Shown here in pieces: positions 7,160-15,181 of a stretch of DNA of 29,603 bases. This DNA is from Planctomycetota bacterium (GTDB taxonomy: Bacteria > Planctomycetota > UBA8108). The stretch lies in NCBI GenBank assembly GCA_003509045.1, contig DODI01000617.1:1-29603 (forward strand), in the 5' to 3' direction. The translations under genes and the position numbers were made by a program. Every line of letters begins with the position of its first letter. Position 1 is the first letter of the stretch. The notes under the pieces are model-generated. The model saw only the letters and a program-made list of their open reading frames with translations, did not search any database and had not been told where the DNA came from.

Positions 7160-9197
7160 CTTCTGGCTCCATCTCCGTTCCAGTTTCCAGCGGGAAGGCC
7201 AGCGTAAATTCGCTGCCCTCTCCAGGCTTACTTCTCAGGCGGGTTTCGCCTTCGTGTGCTCTCATGATGTGGCTGACGAGGGAGAGACCCAGGCCGCTTC
7301 CTCTCGTCCCCAGGGCACGGGCCTCCGCGGTGCGATAGTAGTCGTCCCAGATACGCTGCTGCTCCTCTTCAGCTATGCCAATGCCATTGTCGGCAATGCT
7401 GACCAGCAGGAACCTTCCATCGCTCCACCCGCGCACGGTGAGGTCTCCCTTCTCAGGTGAATAACGAACCGCGTTCTGGAGCAGGTTGATGAAGGCCTGG
7501 GCAACGGCCTCTTCATCGGCGAGTACAGCCGGCAGCGATGCGGGAATATCTCGCGTGCAGGAGAAATCCTGCTCCGTGATCTGGAGGAAGTAGGCATCTA
7601 AGGTCTGGTTCAGCACCGGGGCCAGGTCTGTTTTTTTGAGATCGTAGTTTTTTTTGCCGGCGTCTATTCTCGAGAAGTTCAGTACGTTTCCTATGAGATG
7701 GCCCAGGCGATCGCTCTCCCTGTTGATGACCTCGAAGTACTCCTGGCGTTTTTCTTCGCCCTGTACGCGGTCAAACTGCAGGGTCTCCGAGCAGAGCTTG
7801 ATGAGGGAAAGCGGGGTCTTGAGCTCGTGGGACACATTGGCGACAAACTCGGTCTTCATCCTGGACAGGTTCATTTCTTTTCGCATGGCTTGGCGCAATA
7901 CCAGCAACCCGCCTACCAGGGTGAGGCCGAGGATGCCGGATAGAAGCCCTGCTATAGCGAAGGGCCGGCGAGCGGCGCCAAGTCGTTTTTCCCATTCCTC
8001 TTTTGTCTGGCCGATAGCAAACCACCCGAAGTTTCCGCCAAGGCCGTCGTAGGTGATCATGGAGTCCTTCCTGGCCGGGTCCAGCAGGACCACCTGGCGA
8101 GAACCGGATTCACCAAGGCGGAGCAGTTCACTGTTCAGGTCGCTGAGCAGCCTTTCAACATCTACAATCATTCCGGCACCCTTGATCCCGGCAGTGTCGA
8201 CGACTGCGGGCGTGGGCTGCCAGGCGACGCCTACCTTGCTTCCGATCCCGCGCCAGGACCATCTTGGTGAGGAAGAGTCACCTCTTGCTGCCAGCTCCCG
8301 GGGCAGCAAGACATCCCTCACATGCTTCACGGCGAGCTGGATCGGCTTACGGGCATCAAGCTTTTGGAGCGCTTCATTGAGCTCCCTGGTGGGGGAGAGG
8401 CCGAGGTTCTGCAGGAGCTGCATGGAGCCCTGGAGGTAAGACTCTCGCCTGACAAAACCGTTCTTTTGCGGGCCGGAATCTATGAAAGAGAGTCCGCGCG
8501 TAAGAACCTCCTGCACGGCTTTTTTTCTTCCCTGGCTCGACAGGGTCTCGGCCATGGCCAGGCTGAGCTGGGCAGGGGTGGGCCAGGCGCTGTAGGCAAG
8601 CGAGCTGGGGGCGTTCTTCAGCAGGCCAGCGTAGATAGACTCGGCGGCCGCAGGCTGGTCGTGCCGGTTATAGAGCGCCGCCAATTGGGTGCGGGCCCGA
8701 ATCCTCCAGGCCTCCGGAATGCTGGTCCGGTTAGAGGCGGCTTCCAGGGATCGGACCTTGCGCGCGAGGGGAGCCTGGGAATGGGAGAGCCTGACCGCCT
8801 GGCGATATTCCGCCGGCGGCACCCCGGTATCGCTGGACGGGAACGGGGTTGTTCGTGCCGGCTGATCGAGCCCCTCGATCTCTCCATTTGTCCGGATACG
8901 GAAGGGGAGCTCAAAGAAGCTCTCCGGAGTACCGGGAGAAGGGGGCGGATCTTTTGCATCTCCAAGGGCAAAGGCCTCGATCGATTGAAACGCATCTTTT
9001 TCGCGTTTCCTGATATGTGAGCGCAGCTGGCTCGCGAGGGTGGATGAATAGCTCCTCTCGGAGACAAAAAGGAGTACCTCCATGTCACGGTATTGCTTGT
9101 AGGTAAGGTATCCTCCAAGCGAGCAGAGGCCGAGGCAGACGATGATGCTGCCCCAGATGGCTGTCTCGTAGATCCTGATTTTATTGCGAACAGGCAT
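7149..9197 (-). CDS. Membrane sensor histidine kinase (HisKA + HATPase_c) with ~380-aa helical periplasmic domain
   Basis: Two TM segments; H-box EFVANVSHELKTPL; N-box NLLQNAVRYS; G boxes DNGIGI and GSGLGL. Confidence 0.95.
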   Translation of the reverse strand: MPVRNKIRIYETAIWGSIIVCLGLCSLGGYLTYKQYRDMEVLLFVSERSYSSTLASQLRSHIRKREKDAFQSIEAFALGDAKDPPPSPGTPESFFELPFRIRTNGEIEGLDQPARTTPFPSSDTGVPPAEYRQAVRLSHSQAPLARKVRSLEAASNRTSIPEAWRIRARTQLAALYNRHDQPAAAESIYAGLLKNAPSSLAYSAWPTPAQLSLAMAETLSSQGRKKAVQEVLTRGLSFIDSGPQKNGFVRRESYLQGSMQLLQNLGLSPTRELNEALQKLDARKPIQLAVKHVRDVLLPRELAARGDSSSPRWSWRGIGSKVGVAWQPTPAVVDTAGIKGAGMIVDVERLLSDLNSELLRLGESGSRQVVLLDPARKDSMITYDGLGGNFGWFAIGQTKEEWEKRLGAARRPFAIAGLLSGILGLTLVGGLLVLRQAMRKEMNLSRMKTEFVANVSHELKTPLSLIKLCSETLQFDRVQGEEKRQEYFEVINRESDRLGHLIGNVLNFSRIDAGKKNYDLKKTDLAPVLNQTLDAYFLQITEQDFSCTRDIPASLPAVLADEEAVAQAFINLLQNAVRYSPEKGDLTVRGWSDGRFLLVSIADNGIGIAEEEQQRIWDDYYRTAEARALGTRGSGLGLSLVSHIMRAHEGETRLRSKPGEGSEFTLAFPLETGTEMEPEDDR

Positions 9198-9306
9198 AGG
9201 GCCAGTCTACCCGATTGGTGAGGATGGTTTTGTCGCCTCTTGTCGAGGCTTGTATGTTCCGCTAAAGGTGGGTTAGAACCTCTGTTTAGACGAAAGTAGA
9301 GAGCGA

Positions 9307-10113
9307 ATGGAACAGGAAGAGCAAACCCGCTACATAGTCTATGATACCGAATCCGTGGTCGATGGAGAACTTCTGGGTCGAGTGCTCTATCGAGAAGAGG
9401 GGCTCACCGGCGAGGCGGCGATCGAGCGCTATCTCGAGGAACAGGGGGACCCGGACGCGTTTATACCCGTGGCTTTCCAGGTTCCCGTGGCCATCTCCGT
9501 AGCGAGGGTGTCGAGAGATTATCGATTGCTGGATATCTCCTGCCTGGATGATCCCAGCTTTGAGCCGATGGAAATGACCAGGCTCTTCTGGGCAGGTGTG
9601 GAGCATTACAGGGCCGCGGCACTGGTTGACTTCAACGGAAGGGGCTTCGATATTCCGCTGATGACGCTCAACGCCTTTCGGTTTGGAATCTCCTGCCCGG
9701 CCTATTTTGCCGACGACCGATTCGGTCACAGGTATCGCTATACCGACAAGCACATCGATCTCATGGACTGGCTGACCGAGTACGGAGCCTCGCGTATTCG
9801 GGGAGGTCTGAACCTGCTCGCCAAGATGCTCGGCAAGCCCGGCAAGATGGGTACCAGCGGCGCCCAGGTGGCAAGTCTTTACGCAGAGGGAAAGCTTCGC
9901 GAGATCAACGATTATTGCATGCATGATGTGCTCGACACCTATTTCGTCTTCCTGCGCTCCAGGGTGCTTACCGGGGAGCTGCCGCTGGAGCGTGAGCAGG
10001 CTCTCGTTGATGAGGTGCGCGACTGGCTTGTCCAGCGTTCGGACGAGATCGAGGCTCTGCGGGTGTATCTCGACAATTTCGGGGATTGGGATCCCACTCC
10101 ATTCGCCTCCTGA
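9307..10113 (+). CDS. Stand-alone 3'-5' exonuclease related to the PolB proofreading domain (DEDDy)
   Basis: ExoI YDTES, ExoII DFNGRGFD, HIDLMD and ExoIII YCMHDVLDT. Confidence 0.85.
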   Translation: MEQEEQTRYIVYDTESVVDGELLGRVLYREEGLTGEAAIERYLEEQGDPDAFIPVAFQVPVAISVARVSRDYRLLDISCLDDPSFEPMEMTRLFWAGVEHYRAAALVDFNGRGFDIPLMTLNAFRFGISCPAYFADDRFGHRYRYTDKHIDLMDWLTEYGASRIRGGLNLLAKMLGKPGKMGTSGAQVASLYAEGKLREINDYCMHDVLDTYFVFLRSRVLTGELPLEREQALVDEVRDWLVQRSDEIEALRVYLDNFGDWDPTPFAS

Positions 10114-10121
10114 GATTCGGC

Positions 10122-11321
10122 TCAGGTCTTGTCGCAGAGCGCCGTGACCCCGGGCAGGTCGCCGCCCTCGAGGAATTTAAGCGAGGCGCCTCCGCCAGTA
10201 GAGACGTGGGAGACGTCATCGCTCAGGCCGGCGGCCTTGATCGCGGCGGCGGAGTCGCCGCCGCCGACAATGGTCGTCGCGCCGCGCCTGGTCGCCTCGG
10301 CCAGGGCGGTTGCGACCGAGTTGGTGCCGCGCGCGAAGGTCGGCATCTCGAAGACTCCCATCGGGCCGTTCCAGATCACTGTCCCCGCCTCCTTGACGAT
10401 GTCGCTGTAGAGCTCGATGGTTCTCGGCCCGATGTCGAGCCCTTCGAGCTCTGCCGGGATCTCGCCGGCCGGGCAGACCGTTGTGGCGGCATCGTTATCG
10501 AAGGAGTCTGCCGCAAGGATGTCGAGCGGAAGAACCAGGCGGTCGGGGCCGAGAGCTTCAGCTGCCGCGAGGATTCTTTCTGCGTCTGCGATTGAATTTT
10601 CTTCGAGAAGCGACTTTCCGATCTCCAGGCCCATGGCCTTGAAGATAGTGTAGGACATTCCACCTCCGACGATCAGCTGGTCCACCTTGTCGAGAAGATT
10701 TTCGATGACCTTGATCTTACCCGAGACCTTGGAGCCTCCCATTACCGCGACGAGGGGGCGGCGGGGGTCCTGTAGCGCGCCAGCCAGGAGGTCGAGCTCT
10801 TTCCTGAGAAGGTAGCCCATGGCGCATTGGTCGGTCCTCTCGGCCACCCCGGTGATCGAGGCGTGCGAGCGATGCGATGTGCCGAAGGCATCGTTTATAT
10901 AGATCTCCCCCAGGCTTGCCAGCGCATCGGCGAAGGCGGGTTCGTTGGCCGTCTCCCCGGCGTGAAAGCGCAGGTTCTCCAGCAGCAGCACACCGCCATT
11001 CGCAAGACCCTGGAGCCTTGCCTGCGCCTCCGGGCCAATACAGTCATTCGCGAGAGGCACATCGCGCCGCAGCAGCTGGCCCAGGTGCTGGGCCACAGGC
11101 TGCAGGCTGTACTCGTCCACTCGTTCTCCCCCCGGACGGCCCAGGTGGGACATGAGAATGGTGCGTGCTCCGTTCTCCATGAGCCATTGGATGGTAGGGA
11201 GGCACTCCCGGATGCGGCGATCGTCGGTGATCTCTCCATCCTGGAGAGGAACATTGAAGTCGGCTCGCACGAGGACGCGCTTGCCGCGCACATCGAGGTC
11301 GGTAACGAAGAGTTTCTGCAT
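10122..11321 (-). CDS. pgk: Phosphoglycerate kinase
   Basis: RADFNVP, SHLGRP, LLENLRF, NDAFGTSHR, GGSKVSGK, WNGPMGVFE, GGGDS and STGGGASL. Confidence 0.99.
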   Translation of the reverse strand: MQKLFVTDLDVRGKRVLVRADFNVPLQDGEITDDRRIRECLPTIQWLMENGARTILMSHLGRPGGERVDEYSLQPVAQHLGQLLRRDVPLANDCIGPEAQARLQGLANGGVLLLENLRFHAGETANEPAFADALASLGEIYINDAFGTSHRSHASITGVAERTDQCAMGYLLRKELDLLAGALQDPRRPLVAVMGGSKVSGKIKVIENLLDKVDQLIVGGGMSYTIFKAMGLEIGKSLLEENSIADAERILAAAEALGPDRLVLPLDILAADSFDNDAATTVCPAGEIPAELEGLDIGPRTIELYSDIVKEAGTVIWNGPMGVFEMPTFARGTNSVATALAEATRRGATTIVGGGDSAAAIKAAGLSDDVSHVSTGGGASLKFLEGGDLPGVTALCDKT

Positions 11322-11372
11322 GTTGGGTCCTGACTGGTGGTTTTCTGTAGGCGCTGAATCTGCCGGCGCAAC

Positions 11373-11401
11373 ACTCTACGCAGATTGCCGGTTTCCGTCA
11401 A
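11373..11401 (-). promoter_or_regulatory. sigma70-type promoter of pgk
   Basis: Minus strand TTGACG-17 bp-TAGAGT, about 50 nt upstream of the ATG; SD AGGA lies before the start. Confidence 0.7.
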
Positions 11402-11633
11402 TTGTTGCAATGCCTGGCGGCAGTTTCCCGTCTGTGTATTTTTTTGAGAGTTGATGGAATCTCGGTAATCACACCTCTACGATTGAGTTGTCGGGCAGAC
11501 GGTCTTTTTCAGACTCAAGAAGAGGGGGGAGTGGTGATGATCTTTGCCTGGGGGCAGGTATTAAGACGCGATCTTCCCGGCAGCTCAGCGGACGCCACCG
11601 CGGCCTGCTGGAATGCCCGGGACACATCCTCTT

Positions 11634-11854
11634 GCTCTGCCCGGGTCTTTCCCCGCGTTTTGCAGCGCGGGCAGGCGCCGGTTCAATTCGAAATAAACGG
11701 TCTTCGGAGGAACCTGCTCGGAGGGGTCATCTGTCCACAGCCAGGGCCTGTTCGTTCCCGACAGTTGCCCGACTAGGTTCGGCGGGCCTGGTGTTGTATC
11801 AGAGGTCCCTTGATCCCCGACTGGGGTGAAAACGGGGAAAGGTTCCGGGAGAGC
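11634..11854 (+). ncRNA. Candidate structured non-coding RNA (~220 nt), possibly 6S RNA-like; family not established
   Basis: Hand-folded helices. Closing stem 11634-11661/11829-11854 (about 23 bp with bulges). CGGGCAGG 11668-75/CCUGCUCG 11713-20. cUUCGg hairpin 11701-08. Long hairpin 11721-11750/11782-11811. CCCC-GACU-GGGG 11815-26. The non-WC pairs in these helices are G-U on the + strand. Confidence 0.55.
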
Positions 11855-11892
11855 TCCAGGGGCGAAAGCTTCTGTGGGCTCTCCCTCTTTTT
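11847..11892 (+). terminator. Rho-independent terminator for a + strand transcript
   Basis: GGGAGAGCUC-CAGGGGC-GAAA-GCUUCUG-U-GGGCUCUCCC then UCUUUUU, with a GNRA loop. No + strand CDS is supported upstream, which implies an RNA gene. Confidence 0.75.
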
Positions 11893-11934
11893 GCCTGTGG
11901 CTCAAGGGGGCTGGCCTGGAGATCTGACGGAGGT

Positions 11935-12762
11935 TCAGGGCTGGGCGCTTGCGGGGATGATGTTCTCCCGTTCGGCGACCTCGAGCAGATGGTCGACAGC
12001 CTCCCGGCCTTCTCTTCCCAGGTTGATGGTGAAATCGTTTACATAGAGTCCGATATGCGCTGCCGTTACCGCGTCGTCCATTTCCTGTGCGTAATGTCGA
12101 ACATAGTCTCGTGAATCCTCAGGGTGGTTCGTGGCATGGAGAACGCTTCTCGAGAGGGCATCATCAAAGGCCGCTATGGTCTCGCTGCCAATGTCGAGGC
12201 GGGCGATGATTCCGCCCAGAGGGATCGGGTAACCGTGGGTCTCTTCCCACCAGTCACCCAGGTCTGCCAGCTTTCGCAGCCCCAGCTCACCGTAGGTGAA
12301 ACGGCTCTCGTGAATGATCAGGCCCGCGTCCACCTCCCCTGTCTTGACGGCGTCCATGATCCGGTCAAAGGTCATCTCTATCAGGGAGCCAGCGGGAACC
12401 CGGGGGGCGAAGAGGCGCAGCAGCAGGTTTGCACTGGTTAGCTTTCCGGGGATGGCAATCTTCGCGGTGGAGAGATCGCGTTCTTCGTCTCCTTCGCGAA
12501 CGACGATAAGCGGGCCGCAGCCGCGGCCGAGGGCGGCCCCCGCCTGCAGGAGCTTGTAGGTGTCCCGAAGATGACCGTAGGCATGAAAGGAGATTTTTGT
12601 GATCTCCAGCTCTCCGTTCCGCGCCATAACGTTGAGGGTCTCGACATCTTCAAAAACCGGCTCCAGGTGGAAGTCTTCGAGCTCGACGAATCCCTCAAGA
12701 AGGGCGTGAAAGATAAACGTATCGTTCGGGCAGGGGGAGAGGCCCACTCTGAGGGTCTTCAT
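11935..12762 (-). CDS. mqnD: 1,4-dihydroxy-6-naphthoate synthase (futalosine pathway)
   Basis: MKTLRVGLSPCPNDTFIF, DVETLN, LGRGCGP, IHESRF, DLGDWW, PIPLG and HIGLYVNDF. The start at 12762 gives an ATGA overlap with the mqnB stop. Confidence 0.95.
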   Translation of the reverse strand: MKTLRVGLSPCPNDTFIFHALLEGFVELEDFHLEPVFEDVETLNVMARNGELEITKISFHAYGHLRDTYKLLQAGAALGRGCGPLIVVREGDEERDLSTAKIAIPGKLTSANLLLRLFAPRVPAGSLIEMTFDRIMDAVKTGEVDAGLIIHESRFTYGELGLRKLADLGDWWEETHGYPIPLGGIIARLDIGSETIAAFDDALSRSVLHATNHPEDSRDYVRHYAQEMDDAVTAAHIGLYVNDFTINLGREGREAVDHLLEVAERENIIPASAQP

Positions 12763-13454
12763 GCTTGCGTTCTCTCTCTCTCGATCCATACGCCCGCGGC
12801 CGCGGCTGCGGCTTCGCAGGCCTCGGCGATCTTCCAGCTCTCCCGGTTTCGATCGCCTGTCATATTCGAGATGCCGCGTATCTCGCTGAAGCGTACGCGC
12901 TGTCTCCAGGCCACAAGAGCTGCGGCGGCCCCCTCCATGCTTTCAGCGAGCGGGTTCCAGCGTTCCTCTGCCCTCCGAGAGGCCGCATCTGTTCCGCTGC
13001 CGAGGGATACCGTGCAGAAGAGGCCCGCTTCGATACGCGATTGTTGGCCGAGAGAAGACCTTATCTCCTGGATCGTTTCGGCTGTGGGGAAGTCGACAGG
13101 GACCTCGTTGAAGATCAGCTCTCCATCTCGCGAGGCCTGGGGCAGCTCGAGATCTCTCATCGACAGGAAGCCTTCGGGTGTCTCGACGCCTTCATCCGCG
13201 AAGATCTCGACGTTCGCTATGGCGACGTCTGCGATTCCAAGGCCGGAGCCCGGGTAGGCTCCGGCACAGCCGAGCTGGATGATCCAGTCAGGGCGCAGCT
13301 GTCTTGTCAGCTCAAGCGTGGAGATGGCTGCGCTGACCTTTCCCGCTCCGGTCGCAGCGAAGGAGATGCTTTCCGCTGAGTCACCAAGGAGCTTTCTTGC
13401 AGGGGACAGCTCGCCTTCGGTCGCGGCTATGATCAGGATGGTCTGCGGTAACAT
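12759..13454 (-). CDS. mqnB: Futalosine hydrolase
   Basis: IIAATEGE, TGAGKVSAA, GCAGAYPGSGL, AESMEGAA and EIRGISNMTGDRNRESWKI. It is coupled to mqnD. Confidence 0.9.
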   Translation of the reverse strand: MLPQTILIIAATEGELSPARKLLGDSAESISFAATGAGKVSAAISTLELTRQLRPDWIIQLGCAGAYPGSGLGIADVAIANVEIFADEGVETPEGFLSMRDLELPQASRDGELIFNEVPVDFPTAETIQEIRSSLGQQSRIEAGLFCTVSLGSGTDAASRRAEERWNPLAESMEGAAAALVAWRQRVRFSEIRGISNMTGDRNRESWKIAEACEAAAAAAGVWIERERTQA

Positions 13455-13473
13455 CTTGTTTCACCAGGAGTGG

Positions 13474-14163
13474 TCATTGCCCCGGAATGGTCAGGTCGCT
13501 CTCCTCTGCCGACTGATCTTCTTCACCGCTGGTTGGGGGAGTTTCTTCCGTGAGCTCTTCGAGTGGGGAATAGTCCAGGTCTGCTTCAAAATCAAGCTGG
13601 TCGAAATAGTCGCTGAGCTCTTGCAGGTATGATTGGCTTTCTTTGCCGGGTTCGCCAGCCGCATGATTCTGGGCGCAGCTTGCCAGCGCCCCCAGAACCT
13701 TCTTTTTTTGTTCCGGCTCAAAGCCGTTCTTCTCGATGTTGGAGTATCTCTGGCTCCGGCTGAGCAGCTTTCTGATGAAACCAGCAAGATCGTTCTCATC
13801 TCCCGTCGGGCCGTCCGGGTCGGCGGCGGTCGTTTTCAATATCCTGGCGATTTCCTGGTTGGCCAGGCCGCCGTGCCTGGAGCACCACCAGTAGAGATCT
13901 GCCTGGACCATGAACGCGAAACTCTGGGCTTCCTCTGAGTGGAAGCTGGCGCTGGTGCGATAGAGGAACTCTTTCCCGGCTGATTGCGCCTTCTGGTTCC
14001 TTCTTTCCTGCTGGTAGAACTCTGACTGGAGATGTACGCAGTCGGCCGGGCACTGTATTGTCGCGAGCCTGTGGGTCGCGCAGCATTGCGCGCAGATGCC
14101 ATCAGCGAGCGCGGGGCAATAGCGCTTTCCTTTTTTCTGGCCGCAATGAACGCACTTTGCCAT
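13474..14163 (-). CDS. Uncharacterised protein with N-terminal 8-Cys zinc-finger-like domain and acidic tail
   Basis: Start chosen at MAKCVHCG (ATG 14163), supported by an upstream promoter. CVHC-x8-CPA-x5-CAQCC-x9-CPADC. It ends 19 nt before mqnB. Confidence 0.8.
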   Translation of the reverse strand: MAKCVHCGQKKGKRYCPALADGICAQCCATHRLATIQCPADCVHLQSEFYQQERRNQKAQSAGKEFLYRTSASFHSEEAQSFAFMVQADLYWWCSRHGGLANQEIARILKTTAADPDGPTGDENDLAGFIRKLLSRSQRYSNIEKNGFEPEQKKKVLGALASCAQNHAAGEPGKESQSYLQELSDYFDQLDFEADLDYSPLEELTEETPPTSGEEDQSAEESDLTIPGQ

Positions 14164-14197
14164 GGGGGTAGTTCCGGTAAATACTGGGAATTCGCGC

Positions 14198-14226
14198 ATT
14201 GTAGCCTGTTGAGGCTCCAGTCCCAA
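14198..14226 (-). promoter_or_regulatory. sigma70-type promoter for the Zn-finger gene / mqnB / mqnD
   Basis: Minus strand TTGGGA-17 bp-TACAAT, 34 nt upstream of ATG 14163. Confidence 0.55.
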
Positions 14227-14244
14227 CCCTGAAGAGGAGGGGGG

Positions 14245-14274
14245 CTGGCAAATGAGGGCTTCTGCAAATAAAAT
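14245..14274 (+). promoter_or_regulatory. Candidate sigma70-type promoter for the lipoprotein gene
   Basis: CTGGCA-18 bp-TAAAAT, about 55 nt upstream of ATG 14329. Confidence 0.4.
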
Positions 14275-14328
14275 GCAGGCATTGGTATTCGGCGGGCATT
14301 CACGTAACCACAGAAAAGCGGAATTCAA

Positions 14329-15159
14329 ATGCGGCTGATGAAAAGCCTGGTAGTTCTATTCGCTCTCCCGGCTCTCTGCGCCTGCGGCGGAGCGGAGAAG
14401 AGCTCTACCTCTCCCGCTGAGGCCGCGGGGAAGCCAGTGGTGCGTTATTCGCGCGGAGGGGATGCCGAGAGGCGCAGGGTGATTGCCGCGGCCGCGATCG
14501 GCAGGAAGGACGCCGCTCGGAAGCCGAAGGTTCCAGCTGCAGTCGGCGCGAAAGAAGCCGCTCCAGCTGTCCCTGCCCAGGCCGAGCCCGCTGCCAAGGT
14601 GGCTCCCGCGGTTGCTGCCGCCAGGCCCGCGGAGAGCCCCGCGCCATCTTCGGAGGGAGCGGGGAAGGCCAAGGTGAAGCCGCCGGAGGTCCAGAAGTCA
14701 TCGGCCGAAAAAACTCGGCTGATGCTGGGATACCTGACGGGTCCGGCTCCCAAGGCGCAGAAAGCCTACAAGGTTTTATGGGGTATCGATAAAAAACAGA
14801 TTCCGTCTCTGGTGGCCCACGTTGGGGACAATGTCCGGACAAAGATCCGCGAGCTCGACCTGCTGGTGTTGCAACATGACTTCGCTCGCTACGATGAAAA
14901 GAGCCGGCGCTGGTTTTACCTGATTAAAGGGATGGGTAATTTCGTGATCGATGACATTGCCATGAACAAGGTGACCCGCCCGAAGGGCGCGGTGCGCGTG
15001 CGGCTTAAAAACTTCAAGGGGTTTCCTCTCGGAGTCGTTCTCAGGGCAGGCCTTCTGAACCGTTTCCGGTCAACGCGTTTCCCGGGTCTTGATGACCGCA
15101 AGTTTATTGTCCAGTGGTGGCAGCTGTTCTATCGTCAGAACGCATCGAACCTTAAGTGA
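14329..15159 (+). CDS. Hypothetical lipoprotein with Pro/Ala/Lys-rich linker and C-terminal domain of unknown function
   Basis: Signal MRLMKSLVVLFALPALCAC|GG (lipobox-like LCAC), a low-complexity linker at about aa 60-125, and a globular C-terminus. Confidence 0.75.
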   Translation: MRLMKSLVVLFALPALCACGGAEKSSTSPAEAAGKPVVRYSRGGDAERRRVIAAAAIGRKDAARKPKVPAAVGAKEAAPAVPAQAEPAAKVAPAVAAARPAESPAPSSEGAGKAKVKPPEVQKSSAEKTRLMLGYLTGPAPKAQKAYKVLWGIDKKQIPSLVAHVGDNVRTKIRELDLLVLQHDFARYDEKSRRWFYLIKGMGNFVIDDIAMNKVTRPKGAVRVRLKNFKGFPLGVVLRAGLLNRFRSTRFPGLDDRKFIVQWWQLFYRQNASNLK

Positions 15160-15181
15160 GCGGCCGGAGGCCTGTCCCGCC

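Noticed and set aside
11634-11892. Identification of the structured RNA as tmRNA, RNase P, SRP RNA, group II intron, T-box or a known riboswitch (cobalamin, FMN, TPP, SAM, c-di-GMP)
   Set aside because: The hallmark motifs (e.g. GAGGAAAGUCC, CAGGUCCGGAAGGAAGCAGC, tRNA-like ends, domain V) are absent on both strands. There is also no downstream + strand gene for a riboswitch to control.
11585-11905. 106-aa minus-strand ORF and 113/124-aa plus-strand ORFs in the pgk-mqnD gap
   Set aside because: No motifs or convincing RBS, and they overlap the RNA-like helices and terminator.
14164-14328. 55-aa N-terminal extension of the Cys-rich ORF in the ORF track
   Set aside because: This stretch contains divergent promoter motifs, including a -35/-10 pair pointing to ATG 14163, and would leave no space before the lipoprotein start.
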